A program made the translations under genes and the position numbers. From positions 28,783 to 92,782 of the IMG/VR virus record IMGVR_UViG_3300048803_000071: a stretch of 64,000 nt of DNA; one strand, given 5' to 3'. How positions within the stretch are numbered: the first letter of the stretch is position 1; each line of letters begins with the position of its first letter. This document shows, piece by piece, positions 36,927-47,312 of the stretch. The stretch comes from a virus. Lineage: Duplodnaviria; Caudoviricetes. Below the pieces are notes generated by a model. The model searched no databases. It saw only the letters and a program-made list of their open reading frames with translations, and was not told the origin of the DNA.

Positions 36927-37571
36927 CTATTTTACAGCCGGCTTGTATTGCTTAACAAAGTCTCTTATCTCTTCCGGCAGGCTGAATTGTTCCTCGTTCA
37001 TTCTTTCCGTAACTGCAAGCTCAAGCTTCACTTCGAATATTTCCGTAAATTTATCTCCTAATAATTCTAAGAGTAATTCAATCGTTTCATCTTTGGTGTC
37101 GATAAGCTTGATGTCCCGTTTTTCTTTGAAATAGCCCTCAAACTTATCTCCTAATTTCTCTTCAATTAATCCTTTGTGTTCAATTGGTATCTTACAGAAC
37201 ATATTTTTGTAACTTACAGTCTTTAATCCTTTCGTTCCCTGATACTTTACACTGCTTTCCCTTCCGGTCTTTCCTTTGTACCAGTCATTTGATTTTTCAA
37301 CAAGCTGACTCTCTGCATTGTCATATTTTGCCTGTGCTGAGTCTAACTCTGCTTTGGCGTCAATAACATTGTCAACAATTTCATATAAATCTTTATTGTC
37401 TATTATCTCTACCTTGCTCTTACTCTTGCTCGCTGTCTTTGAATTCATTTTTGCTAATAAATCCGATGCACTTGTCTTTGACTTTTCCGGTGGTGGGGTT
37501 ATTTCTGTTTCCGGTGTTACTAATTCCATTTGATTTACAGGAATTTCTGTTTTCTTTTGCGGTAATCCCAT
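36927..37571 (-). CDS. hypothetical protein
   Basis: 214 aa; SD and promoter motif upstream. Confidence 0.6.
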   Translation of the reverse strand: MGLPQKKTEIPVNQMELVTPETEITPPPEKSKTSASDLLAKMNSKTASKSKSKVEIIDNKDLYEIVDNVIDAKAELDSAQAKYDNAESQLVEKSNDWYKGKTGRESSVKYQGTKGLKTVSYKNMFCKIPIEHKGLIEEKLGDKFEGYFKEKRDIKLIDTKDETIELLLELLGDKFTEIFEVKLELAVTERMNEEQFSLPEEIRDFVKQYKPAVK

Positions 37572-37632
37572 TTTTACTCCTTTTTAATTTTTTGGTTATG
37601 CTAATATAAATACTTGCCTGTGTTATCTCTGG

Positions 37633-37899
37633 TTATAAGTTCCCCCTGCTCTTTAAATAGTCGTCCCATGTTTTCCCACAATGCTCCCCGCAGTCCTTGC
37701 AAATATCTGTCTGTATTATGGTTGCCCCGCAACAGTTGGATGTCTTTTCCATTTCTTTCTTGCAGGGGTCGCAAACAAATACTTCTTCTGTTACTTTCGT
37801 TAATTCTTCCGGCGAATATCCCTTTTTACATTCCTTGCATTTTTCATATTCTGCTACTGCCGGATTGTCGATGTCTATATCCTGTTCGTTGAAGTTCAT
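37633..37899 (-). CDS. small Cys-rich (zinc-binding) protein
   Basis: Multiple CxxC pairs. Confidence 0.55.
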   Translation of the reverse strand: MNFNEQDIDIDNPAVAEYEKCKECKKGYSPEELTKVTEEVFVCDPCKKEMEKTSNCCGATIIQTDICKDCGEHCGKTWDDYLKSRGNL

Positions 37900-37942
37900 A
37901 GAAACTCCTTTCTTTTTTGTTAAGTTAAATACTTTCTTGTGT

Positions 37943-38260
37943 TCATATGAATTTATATTTTATTTTGTGGAATAGTGATATTGCAAATCCTGTTAAGTAA
38001 TTATTCTCTTCCGTCTGTCCGTTCCTGTCCGGGTGGTATTTCATTACCAGTTCCCTGAATACTTTCTTTAACTCGTCATAAGTCCTGCAATTCATATATC
38101 TTTCCTCTATTTCTCCTTCGGTACCCTTGAACTTTGAAGATGAAGTTTCCCTGAAGTCCTTATAATTGAATTTCTTATAGAAACTCCTTATCCATTGTTC
38201 TTTGTTTCCATATCCCTGCTCTTCCGGATTGTATCTCTTATGCTTTATCCAGTCATTCAT
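37943..38260 (-). CDS. J-domain (DnaJ-like) protein
   Basis: ELKKVFRELVMKYHPDRN, containing the HPD motif. Confidence 0.8.
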   Translation of the reverse strand: MNDWIKHKRYNPEEQGYGNKEQWIRSFYKKFNYKDFRETSSSKFKGTEGEIEERYMNCRTYDELKKVFRELVMKYHPDRNGQTEENNYLTGFAISLFHKIKYKFI

Positions 38261-38508
38261 GCTAATTTTTCTAATTGATTATACAAAGGTCTTAATGCAT
38301 CTAGGTGCTTGCAATGCCTGTGCCTTATATATCCAAAACATGAACATTGCAATAAATTCGTTGCTTTTGTTTGTGATACAATATACAATCTATCCGAACT
38401 TTCACTTTTTATCTGTACTCTGTTTTTGTACTTGTCGTTATCAGGCAGTACCGGTAAATCTGTTAAATCACTTAATACAACTCCTGTTTCTACATTTGGA
38501 TTTTCCAT
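38257..38508 (-). CDS. SWIM zinc-finger protein
   Basis: CSC...CKH; likely start MENPNV at 38508 after the promoter motif (track starts at 38607). Confidence 0.7.
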   Translation of the reverse strand: MENPNVETGVVLSDLTDLPVLPDNDKYKNRVQIKSESSDRLYIVSQTKATNLLQCSCFGYIRHRHCKHLDALRPLYNQLEKLA

Positions 38509-38592
38509 AGAATTAGTGGGTTTTAATTTTTGGTTTGTGAAAGTATAATATATATACTGTGGTGTGTAAATAAAAAAAGCGTACAGTTTTAT

Positions 38593-38625
38593 AAAAAAGC
38601 CCGGCATTAAGGTGGGTCCGGGCTT
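38593..38625 (-). terminator. intrinsic terminator after ParB gene
   Basis: AAGCCCGG/CCGGGCTT stem plus U-tract. Confidence 0.75.
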
Positions 38626-38646
38626 CTAAAGTGGAATATGGGAGAA

Positions 38647-40338
38647 CTATTTTTTGACTTTTTTTGCAATCTTTTTGACTTTCTTTGCGGTTTTCTTCGC
38701 TTCCTCTGCAAGCATCATATTCTTAACCTTACCAGCTGATTTTTTATTCTCAAGTTCTTTTTTTGTTTTTTCTGCTTTTTTTAATATCTGTTCAATTGCC
38801 TTTTTTGGATTCTTTGACGGTTTCAACTCTTCCGTTATTTCTTTCTTTATATTCTTTTCATCAATCTTATTGTCAACACATAATCTTTTCAGGTGGTCCC
38901 GATGTATTTCATCTGTGCAAAATACTGACTTATCATCAACTTCCTCAAGTAATAATAAAGTTATAAAGAATTGTTCCTGTTTTCCTTCTGACTCGGCTTT
39001 TTTTAATTCTCTGAGCAGGTCTGTATCGTAATCTCTGTAAAAATTATTACCTTTTTGCTTTGGCATTTCCCATTTAAAAGCAGTTGCAACATCCGGATAC
39101 ATGTAAGCACTCATTCTTTGTATTAATACTAAACATAATTCGTGCAGTGTGGTTTTACCGGTGTATTTATTCGGCACTATCTTCTCTGTTAACTTATTCA
39201 GCATCGCTCCTCGTGTCCTTAACTCAATTAACTTTTCCAGCTTCCTCTTTGCTGCATCTGCTCTTTCCTGTGCCCTTACTTTCTTCTGTTCATCTGTCAA
39301 TTCTTCCTTTGGTCTCCGCAGTGTAACATATATCTTTTTTCCCATTTCTTCTCCCTGATATCCGGAAACTATAAGTGCAGGCTTTGCTCCCTTATCCGTT
39401 TTCTTTGCTTTGTAATATGATTGTGAGCCTAAATATTTCTCTTTTGTCTTTTTATCAATATCATCGCCGTAATTAGTGGTTATCTTTAATACCGAACCTT
39501 CCTTTTCTATTATCTCCTTTTCCTTGCGCTCTATGTGAACCTGTATCTTGTTATTGTAACAACTCGGATTCATACATATTCTTTTCTTTACGTATTCCGG
39601 GAATAGCATTGTTGAACATTGCGTATTGTGAGGACAAACATTGCAGGCTCCCCCCGGATATGTTTCATCCTCAGAAGGAAATGGTGACTTGTCAAGGTCT
39701 ATTTCAATTTGATGTTTTATCCATCGCTTTGTTTCCGAAACTGAAAATTCATCGCCGTCGCTTATTTCATCTTCTATTTCCTTCAGTATCTCTTTTTGCT
39801 TGTCTTCCGGAATCCGGCATATCAAAGATGCAACTCCATATTTTATTTTATCCGTAATCAATAGTTCTGCAATCTTTGGAATGAGCTTTGTGAGTTGTAA
39901 TCTCTGATATACATATTGTACTGATTTTCCTATCTTTCCTGCTATGCTCTCGGGTGTGTAAATTCCTTTTTGTATCAATACCTGATATCCCGTCGCTTCA
40001 TCCATTGGGTTTATGTCTTCCCTCTGTAAATTCTCGATTATTTGGATCTCCCCAGCTTGTTCATCCGTTAATTCCTTGACAATAGACGGTATGTGTAGTA
40101 AACCTGCTAAATCAGCTGCTTTTAACCTGCGGAATCCGGCTACTACTTCAAAATGTGAGTTTACAGGTCTTACTGTTATCGGCTGTATTAATCCTACTGA
40201 CTTAATACTCTCTGCAAGCTCTTCAATCTTTTTCTTATCGTAATGCTTCCTTGGGTTTGCTTTGCTTTCTTTTATTTCTTTCAAACTGATTATTTGAATG
40301 TTCAGTTCGGGTAATACTGCTTCCTTTTTTGTTTCCAT
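38647..40338 (-). CDS. ParB/RepB/Spo0J-family protein
   Basis: NPRK, ELAESIKSVGLIQPITVR, VAGFRR, ENLQRED, HTH, Cys cluster. Confidence 0.9.
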   Translation of the reverse strand: METKKEAVLPELNIQIISLKEIKESKANPRKHYDKKKIEELAESIKSVGLIQPITVRPVNSHFEVVAGFRRLKAADLAGLLHIPSIVKELTDEQAGEIQIIENLQREDINPMDEATGYQVLIQKGIYTPESIAGKIGKSVQYVYQRLQLTKLIPKIAELLITDKIKYGVASLICRIPEDKQKEILKEIEDEISDGDEFSVSETKRWIKHQIEIDLDKSPFPSEDETYPGGACNVCPHNTQCSTMLFPEYVKKRICMNPSCYNNKIQVHIERKEKEIIEKEGSVLKITTNYGDDIDKKTKEKYLGSQSYYKAKKTDKGAKPALIVSGYQGEEMGKKIYVTLRRPKEELTDEQKKVRAQERADAAKRKLEKLIELRTRGAMLNKLTEKIVPNKYTGKTTLHELCLVLIQRMSAYMYPDVATAFKWEMPKQKGNNFYRDYDTDLLRELKKAESEGKQEQFFITLLLLEEVDDKSVFCTDEIHRDHLKRLCVDNKIDEKNIKKEITEELKPSKNPKKAIEQILKKAEKTKKELENKKSAGKVKNMMLAEEAKKTAKKVKKIAKKVKK

Positions 40339-40468
40339 AATTTTTGTTTTAATTTTTAAATTCTCTGGAATATAATTATTTGTTTGTGTTTAAAATTTGG
40401 GGGGATTTTATAAGCTCCTCAACGGCATCCTTTTTTGTTAAGGAAGAATCATATTTTCCCCCACTATT

Positions 40469-40816
40469 TTAAAACGGTAAATCATCATCATCTGCCGGTT
40501 TATTTCCTTTATCCCTGAATTCCTGTTCATTGTGTTGATTATAAGTATCATTATATTCTTCTTTATAGCTTCTGCTTCTGCCTGCATTTCTTTTGTCGTT
40601 CTTATAATCGTCAAGATTAGCATAGTGTGTAAGCCCTGCCTGCGTCGGCTCCCGGCGCTTGTTTATCTCAATAAATATCCATTCGTACTCACCCTGATAC
40701 TCCTTCAATTGCTGTATGAATTCATCTACCTTTATCCCTACCTTTAAAAGTGTGTTCCCGTTCCGGAATGCCTGTTCTTTAATAGTTATCCCGGTTAAAT
40801 AGGTTTTATCTGCCAT
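40469..40816 (-). CDS. putative ssDNA-binding protein
   Basis: Small beta-rich domain with a DDDDLPF acidic tail. Confidence 0.55.
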   Translation of the reverse strand: MADKTYLTGITIKEQAFRNGNTLLKVGIKVDEFIQQLKEYQGEYEWIFIEINKRREPTQAGLTHYANLDDYKNDKRNAGRSRSYKEEYNDTYNQHNEQEFRDKGNKPADDDDLPF

Positions 40817-40843
40817 TTATTATTTTTTAATTTTTTATAAATT

Positions 40844-41692
40844 TTAATTTTTAATTGCAAACGCTTCTATATAAGTCGGTAAATTTTCCTTCGTCTCCAA
40901 TTCGTCATTATATATCTGCAATGTCTCAAGGCTCCTGTGCCTGGTATATTTACTAACCTCAATTAAGTTTCCATTATACGCTTTGATTAATATTGTCGTA
41001 AATAGGTGTCTCCATCCGTGAACAGTTCCCTTGATTTTTAAATGTTTGCATATCCTCATATTGATATTCCTAACTGTACGGTCCGTAATATCGAATAACA
41101 AACCTTCTTTTCTCAATCCGGCATAATCTTTTATCACTTTCAGTGTGACCGGGTGAATATTTGTTAATACTTTATCGTCACATCCCTTTCCTTGTATCTT
41201 TAATGTTGAATGTTCAAAGTCTATATCCTCAATCCTTATTCTTAATAGTTCTACGGTCCGGAGTCCCTGAGTATATAGAACAAATATTACGCACTTATCC
41301 CTGTCACTGCAATATTTTAAAAACTCAATTACTTTTTCAGCTTCCTCTTTTGTGAATCCGAACTTCTTATGTTTCCTGCCCATCTTGAATTGCTTCACAT
41401 TTAAAGTTATATCAGTTGTCAATATCCCTTTCCTCGATAACTCTCTCAAATAGATCCTTGCAGTCGTAAGGTATTTATTCTTAGAAGCTGCGGACAGATC
41501 TATCCTGTGTGCAAGCTCTCTTTTATATTTCAAAAAGGTATCGTGATCCATTTTTACCTTTTCTACAAATACTAAGAAGTTCTTTATCCGTGCTTTGTAG
41601 TCTAACCTTGTTTCCTCAGATACATCTAAACCGTCTATTACCTCAAATGTACGGTCCTGTCTTATCTCCGGGAATAATACTATATTTTCCAT
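40844..41692 (-). CDS. tyrosine recombinase/integrase
   Basis: GLR..E, K, HGWRH, H and Y catalytic residues. Confidence 0.88.
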   Translation of the reverse strand: MENIVLFPEIRQDRTFEVIDGLDVSEETRLDYKARIKNFLVFVEKVKMDHDTFLKYKRELAHRIDLSAASKNKYLTTARIYLRELSRKGILTTDITLNVKQFKMGRKHKKFGFTKEEAEKVIEFLKYCSDRDKCVIFVLYTQGLRTVELLRIRIEDIDFEHSTLKIQGKGCDDKVLTNIHPVTLKVIKDYAGLRKEGLLFDITDRTVRNINMRICKHLKIKGTVHGWRHLFTTILIKAYNGNLIEVSKYTRHRSLETLQIYNDELETKENLPTYIEAFAIKN

Positions 41693-42121
41693 AATTAATT
41701 TTATTTAATATTCATCGATATTTGCCACCCTTAAAATTCCATCTTTATAAATTATAGGTCTGTTTCTCCCTGCCATTTTACAAAATGTTTCATGTAACTT
41801 TTCCGGTAAAAATATTTTGTAATTTTCATATGTTATTATCATTTTACTCCTTTTTTGTTGTAATTTAAATAATCACCTGTGCTTAATAATATCCTTTATA
41901 TTTCCTTAACCCTCTGTCAAATAAAAGCCTCCAACATTCTATCTGCTCTTCGGTAGTTAATCCTGCAGACACATTAAATAAGTCAAGAATGGTCGTGAAC
42001 TCTTTTCTCTGCTTTTAGGGGGTTCATATTCTTTTATTGGTTCCTGTCCGAATATTATTTCCAGACTTTCAAGCGGACCTATTTCATTATTTAATTTTAT
42101 TACTTCCATATGTTCAGTGAT

Positions 42122-43819
42122 TTACTTTTGAATTTGTAATGACCTGTAATCTATATGTATATCTGTGTAATATTTCTCTCTGTCCAGCACTTCTCCGGCA
42201 CCTTCTCTTTTTATGTTGATTAAATTCATCCTGTCCTCGTCGTTGCTGCCCTTGGTATATAAAAGATAAACTCTCACATCTTTCTTGCTTACTATTCTGA
42301 ATATTCTCGCTATTGCCTGGTCCAGTGTCGATGCTGTCCATGGGTAATCCGTAACTATCACATTGCTTGCATTCTGTAAGCTGTGACCTGTGTTTACAGC
42401 TTCTAGTCCTCCTATCAAGACCGGGTATTCCCCTGCCTTGAACTCGTTTATTAATCTCTCCTGAACGGGCGGAGTTAATAATCCGTTTACTAGCCTTGCA
42501 TTATCTCCGAATATTTCCTTATACTTCAACCCTGTATCTACAATCCCGGTAAATACTATTACCTGTTCGTTGTTGACTATACAACTTCTCACAAGCCGTT
42601 TCAATAGCTCAAGCTTCTCATTACCCGGGTAAATAGTAGTTATCTTACAGAATTCATGCCTTTTGCTCGTCGGGTTTATATCGCTTTCTTTTATTCGCTC
42701 ATATTCTAATAGCTGTTCCGGCGTGAAATCACATCCGATTCTATAAACTGAGTTTTTTACCATTTTTACTCCTGTTTCGCTTATACTCCTTCTTAATATT
42801 GCCGGAGCTACTAAATATTGTAGTTCCTCAATGTTGCTTGCCATAGGTATTAACCTGCGGTGACCGTTCTTTATCTCGTAAACTCCGTAATCTTTTCTGA
42901 ATTTATGCTGTTCATTTTCTTTATATGGATAAACCGAACTGTCAAATCCAAATACCCATCCCATTAAAAAGTGCAAATCTTTTACTATATTCTTAATAGG
43001 TGTTCCTGTTAAACACATCTTATATTTTGCCTGTAAACTCCTGATAGCTATTCCCCTCTGTGCTTTACCCGTCTTTATCTTATGACCTTCGTCAAGTATT
43101 ATTAAATTAAACTTATCAGTATATTTTCTATAATTATCCTTAATGAATTCAAAATGCGTGATGTAATCTGCATCTTCTAACTCTTGCTCTCCCGACGTTT
43201 TCTTATTTATCCTTCTTAGATTAATTCCTATCTTCGCCGCTTCTTCAATCCATTGATTTAATAAGTTCTGTTGAGCAATCACTAAAGTTCTCTTAATCTC
43301 CGGATTGAGTATTTTCTTAATCCGCATCCATACTAAGCCCGATATCGTCTTGCCCATGCCCTGATGATGGGATAGTATTGCTCCGTTTACCATTAAAAGC
43401 TTTGCAACATCTTCAATCTGGAACTCATATTCTATTAATTTGTAAGTTTCATATACAGTCTTTACATAGTTATGGTACATTTCATACCTTTTAATATCAG
43501 TTTTATCAATAGTATCAACTTCCGGTACTTCGAAATATTCCGCAAATTCTTCCGGGTTGAATCTCCGGTACTCCCAATTATTATAATAAGCCAGTATCTC
43601 ATAACCCTTAGTCTCCAATGCGCCTTCCTCTGTTATAATTAAAGACTTTGAATTCGAAACCCTGGTCTTATATCTATCACCCGTTTTAAACTGTTCTTTC
43701 CCTGCACTTCCGCTCTGACTGCCCGTGCTACTGCTCCTGCAACTCTTTTTGCAAATGCAGCTATCCCCCGCTAATAAAGCCCTCACTCCTGCCGGTAATT
43801 CTCTAAACGGTGCTATCAT
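42122..43819 (-). CDS. SNF2-family helicase/ATPase
   Basis: GMGKT, DEGH, TGTPI and QAIARIFR motifs. Confidence 0.88.
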   Translation of the reverse strand: MIAPFRELPAGVRALLAGDSCICKKSCRSSSTGSQSGSAGKEQFKTGDRYKTRVSNSKSLIITEEGALETKGYEILAYYNNWEYRRFNPEEFAEYFEVPEVDTIDKTDIKRYEMYHNYVKTVYETYKLIEYEFQIEDVAKLLMVNGAILSHHQGMGKTISGLVWMRIKKILNPEIKRTLVIAQQNLLNQWIEEAAKIGINLRRINKKTSGEQELEDADYITHFEFIKDNYRKYTDKFNLIILDEGHKIKTGKAQRGIAIRSLQAKYKMCLTGTPIKNIVKDLHFLMGWVFGFDSSVYPYKENEQHKFRKDYGVYEIKNGHRRLIPMASNIEELQYLVAPAILRRSISETGVKMVKNSVYRIGCDFTPEQLLEYERIKESDINPTSKRHEFCKITTIYPGNEKLELLKRLVRSCIVNNEQVIVFTGIVDTGLKYKEIFGDNARLVNGLLTPPVQERLINEFKAGEYPVLIGGLEAVNTGHSLQNASNVIVTDYPWTASTLDQAIARIFRIVSKKDVRVYLLYTKGSNDEDRMNLINIKREGAGEVLDREKYYTDIHIDYRSLQIQK

Positions 43820-43820
43820 T

Positions 43821-44078
43821 TTAATCTGTTAATATTAATTCAAATATTTTATTTAATGTTTTAAAATCCGGTATTTCTCCAAAGTAAAGATTCAGTTCTC
43901 CATTCCTGATTCTTAATTTATATCTGCCAACAACCTGTAACTCTTCGTTAAATTCAGTATCTATTTCGATAAAGTGTAAATGATATTTACCTTTGATTAA
44001 ACAGTTATTATCTAGAATGTCCCATCTGCTTTTTAAAAGATGTTTTGTTAATATGTTCTTCTTTTGCTCAGTTGTCAT
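43821..44078 (-). CDS. hypothetical protein
   Basis: Promoter motif upstream. Confidence 0.55.
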   Translation of the reverse strand: MTTEQKKNILTKHLLKSRWDILDNNCLIKGKYHLHFIEIDTEFNEELQVVGRYKLRIRNGELNLYFGEIPDFKTLNKIFELILTD

Positions 44079-44127
44079 TTTTGTTTATCCTTCTCTTAAT
44101 TTTCCTCAATATATATAACCCCCTGTG

Positions 44128-44391
44128 TTACCATAGGAATCCCTTCTCATCCCCCGTAAAAATTCTCTCATTCTTTTTTGCATATATTTTTCCCCCTCTT
44201 TTGCCGCTTTCGATTACCCGCTCCTTTGAAGTTTTACTTTCTATCTTCGGCTTTATCCAGTACTGAACCCTTGGATTCTGGTTCATTTCTATGAGTTCCT
44301 TCTTCCGGGCTTTCAATTGTGTGAAATTCCGGCCCTCCTGAAGTACCTGCGGATCTCCGTCCCCGATCTGCATTTTTAATTCAAATATCAT
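44128..44391 (-). CDS. hypothetical protein
   Basis: Promoter motif upstream. Confidence 0.55.
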   Translation of the reverse strand: MIFELKMQIGDGDPQVLQEGRNFTQLKARKKELIEMNQNPRVQYWIKPKIESKTSKERVIESGKRGGKIYAKKNERIFTGDEKGFLW

Positions 44392-44430
44392 AGTTTTTTC
44401 CTTTTTCCTGAATATATAAAACCCTGTGTG

Positions 44431-44688
44431 TTATAATATTAACTTTGATGGAAAGAATTGAACCTGTTCAATAAGATATTCTTTCTCTAGATTTTCTCTC
44501 ATATTCTGAATTACCCCCTGAATTTCTTTAAACTTTCCTGACCCGCACTTAGGGATCGGATTCCTCACGTATTGATAATAATCTTTACTGCCGACTATTG
44601 CCATTAGCATCTTCGAATACGTTACTTTTTTAACATATCCGCACCTTACACATTTCCCATTTTTATATTTGTGCCTCATTCTTTCCAC
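44431..44688 (-). CDS. hypothetical protein (CxxC)
   Basis: Overlapping gene run. Confidence 0.5.
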   Translation of the reverse strand: MERMRHKYKNGKCVRCGYVKKVTYSKMLMAIVGSKDYYQYVRNPIPKCGSGKFKEIQGVIQNMRENLEKEYLIEQVQFFPSKLIL

Positions 44689-45047
44689 CGGTTTTTATTC
44701 GCTAACTCTAATAAAATATCAGCATGACACTCTACATCTTTACCGCACCAGCAAACAAGATTCTTTCCCTTCAATTCATCTAAGAAATTCGGATCTGCCT
44801 TCAGTTTGCTTTCTATAGCTTTTTCATAGTTTTCAAGGCTTATTCCCCTGTCGCTTTCTTTCTTTATCAGATATGGATTCCCCCATTTTGTGCCTCTGCC
44901 TACATATATATTCTCTAATCCATTCGGAGATATCAGCTTAAATCCCTTCGTTCTTCTCCTCTGTAATCTCACCGGTGCAGGAATCACCTTGAAAGATTTT
45001 TCTAAAGTAACCTTATTTAACTTCATTTTTATTGTTTTTTCTGTCAA
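44676..45047 (-). CDS. DUF4326-like protein
   Basis: YVGRGTKWGNPY...L.GKNL.CWC...CHAD.L motif. Confidence 0.8.
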   Translation of the reverse strand: MTEKTIKMKLNKVTLEKSFKVIPAPVRLQRRRTKGFKLISPNGLENIYVGRGTKWGNPYLIKKESDRGISLENYEKAIESKLKADPNFLDELKGKNLVCWCGKDVECHADILLELANKNRWKE

Positions 45048-45229
45048 TCCTTACAGCAACTAAAACCAACACGATTGTTAACCACTCTACTAATATTCTA
45101 TTAAGTAATAAATCAAACATGTTTTCTTTATATTCAATAGTCCACATTATTAACCACCCGTTGTAAATAAAGATATACGCAACGAAAAACATTATAAGAG
45201 CAGAATGTCTCGTAATAAATATTTCAATT

Positions 45230-45559
45230 TTATTTTTCATCCTTTTTTGGGAACTCCTCCCCCAAGCCAGCTGTTATTCTCATTTGCAAACTCTCCGCAA
45301 TCATAAGGATTGTTGCCTGAAGCATAATGAGCAAATTTAATCTATCCTCCGACTTTAAGACCTGGTTATTTAATCTTGCATTCAATGACATTACCATACT
45401 TTCTAAATATATCTCTTTCTGCATCGGTTCATCTTCTCCTGTCATTGTTAAATCTAATATTTTGCTTAACGTTTCATCCCGGTATTTTAATATTTTCTCA
45501 ATTAATGCGTGCTTTATTTCCGTTTTTGTCCCTGTTTCATTTTGATTTAATTCGTTCAT
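45230..45559 (-). CDS. hypothetical protein
   Basis: ORF in a tightly packed run. Confidence 0.5.
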   Translation of the reverse strand: MNELNQNETGTKTEIKHALIEKILKYRDETLSKILDLTMTGEDEPMQKEIYLESMVMSLNARLNNQVLKSEDRLNLLIMLQATILMIAESLQMRITAGLGEEFPKKDEK

Positions 45560-45836
45560 TTTGTTTCCTTTCTTTTTTTATTTTAAATGTTTAATAATTT
45601 TATTATTTCCTCGGCTATTGCAAAACTTTGTTCTTTATTTTTTAATGATTTCTTAATGTTATATACTTTGAATAATGGGAATGAGAGTTTGAGTATTGTT
45701 ATCTCGTTCTCTATAATCTCTTTAGAACTTATTTTAAGAGTCGTTTCAGTAATTCTTATCGTTATTCCACCTTTTTCATATCTCACCCAATTCCCATCCA
45801 TAGAATTATCCCCTGAACTATGCTTTTTCCACTCCA

Positions 45837-46352
45837 TTATCTGCTCTCCGGTTTAATGAATTTCATATTCAGCAAATCAAATATGGTCTCTTCTGTTTTT
45901 ACCGGGCATATCTCCTGATTTCTATATCGTAAATTCTCATAAAGCTTCGTTTTACCATCAGTACATGCAAAATAGAAATCACTCTTTTTCAACATCTTAA
46001 TTATTAGTTTAACAAAGTCCCTGCGCCCTGTGGTATATAAATGTACCATCCCGAAATTATCACCGTTTGCTAAATAGATATTCATCGGAATTTCTATATC
46101 ACTGAACTTTATAATTTTTTGCAAGTATCCGTTCTTTATAATTTTTAGAGACCCTGCTTTCTTTGATACTCTTAAATAAGTATTTATTTCATTGCTGTTC
46201 AACATTATGTAATCGATAATTTGGATATCCCTCTCAATCCTGCGTATAGAGCCGGTTATCTCGACTCTTTTCGAAAGATTAAGGAAGTTCTCTTTGTATT
46301 CCTGGCTTATTGCAAATGCTTTCCCATACTCCATTAAACATCCTTTCTTCAA
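45837..46352 (-). CDS. minimal DNA polymerase X-like protein with degenerate active site
   Basis: TGSIRR, FG..HLYTTG and TEE.IF.LL...FI.PE.R motifs; the DxD position reads IID. Confidence 0.7.
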   Translation of the reverse strand: MKKGCLMEYGKAFAISQEYKENFLNLSKRVEITGSIRRIERDIQIIDYIMLNSNEINTYLRVSKKAGSLKIIKNGYLQKIIKFSDIEIPMNIYLANGDNFGMVHLYTTGRRDFVKLIIKMLKKSDFYFACTDGKTKLYENLRYRNQEICPVKTEETIFDLLNMKFIKPESR

Positions 46353-46820
46353 ATTTTATAATCGATTGAAATCCGGAAGAAACGTTCCCCCGTTTGCTAA
46401 ATCATCCGCTATTCTGCCTCTTATTATATCATCTAATCCTCCGTTAGCTATAAAGTTCTTAAGCTCCGAATATTCCTCAATTGTTAATCCTAACTTCTGA
46501 CTCATTTCCTTCGGCGGCGGCTCTTCGTGTTTGTCCGTGTATTCATTCAATAACGAGAAATATTTACAGCCTAATTGGTATAAAGCCTGCTCGTTATCCG
46601 GATCAAATAATTCGTAAAATCTCATTTTGCTATTTTTTTATTTTTAACTTCAATTATTCTTTTATCTATTTCACTAGCTTTAGAACATCTGCTATTACAA
46701 TGTTCTTCTTTACATCCGATACAGCATTTCTTAAACTCGCAATCATCCATACCCTCCAAATGTGAACAGCATTCGTTCCCGCTCTCCGCAATTACAATAT
46801 TTTTATCTTTGCAATACATT

Positions 46821-47312
46821 TTAAAATCTTTTTAATTCTAAATCCCCTCTCAAATAAAGAGGGTGTTTTGGTATTCCATTTTTGCTCTTATCGATACAAT
46901 AAGCGTGCGGAAACATAGCTATCACTTCTTCCATCCTTTTTTTATGCTGCATAAAAGAACCCCAGCAAAATACAACTTTAGCACACAATCCATTTATAAC
47001 TTTCAATGTTGTATTATTTAATTGGATATCTTCACCGCTTGTTACTAATTCTTTTGGATTCGTAGAGATATAAGCAAATAAATTAGTCATGTACATTCCC
47101 CCGTATTTCCAAGATTTGGCAAACGATATGCATCTTCTTACCGTCGGATCATCTTCATCTTCCGATGCTTTCGATGGATTTAAACCGATAAACATAACTT
47201 TTGGGAATTCGTTTGTTGTTTCCCATATTCGATATAGAAAATACCTGTACTTTCTATCCTCGCTAAACTTCGCTCCTGTTATCAATATTTCTTTATTTTG
47301 AATTCTCGCCAT
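46821..47312 (-). CDS. DUF1643-family protein
   Basis: YRY.L.R.W, FIGLNPS.A...DDPT.RRC, NLFA, WG, P.HPLY. Confidence 0.85.
   Translation of the reverse strand: MARIQNKEILITGAKFSEDRKYRYFLYRIWETTNEFPKVMFIGLNPSKASEDEDDPTVRRCISFAKSWKYGGMYMTNLFAYISTNPKELVTSGEDIQLNNTTLKVINGLCAKVVFCWGSFMQHKKRMEEVIAMFPHAYCIDKSKNGIPKHPLYLRGDLELKRF

Larger units (their letters stand above)
31456..44430 (-). promoter_or_regulatory. 12 dispersed copies of promoter-like motif WACACA-N10-TAnnTT
   Basis: Plus-strand starts at 31456, 32134, 32741, 34266, 35233, 36867, 37603, 37922, 38547, 40369, 44108, 44411; invariant 10-nt spacer; each just upstream of a gene start. Confidence 0.85.
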
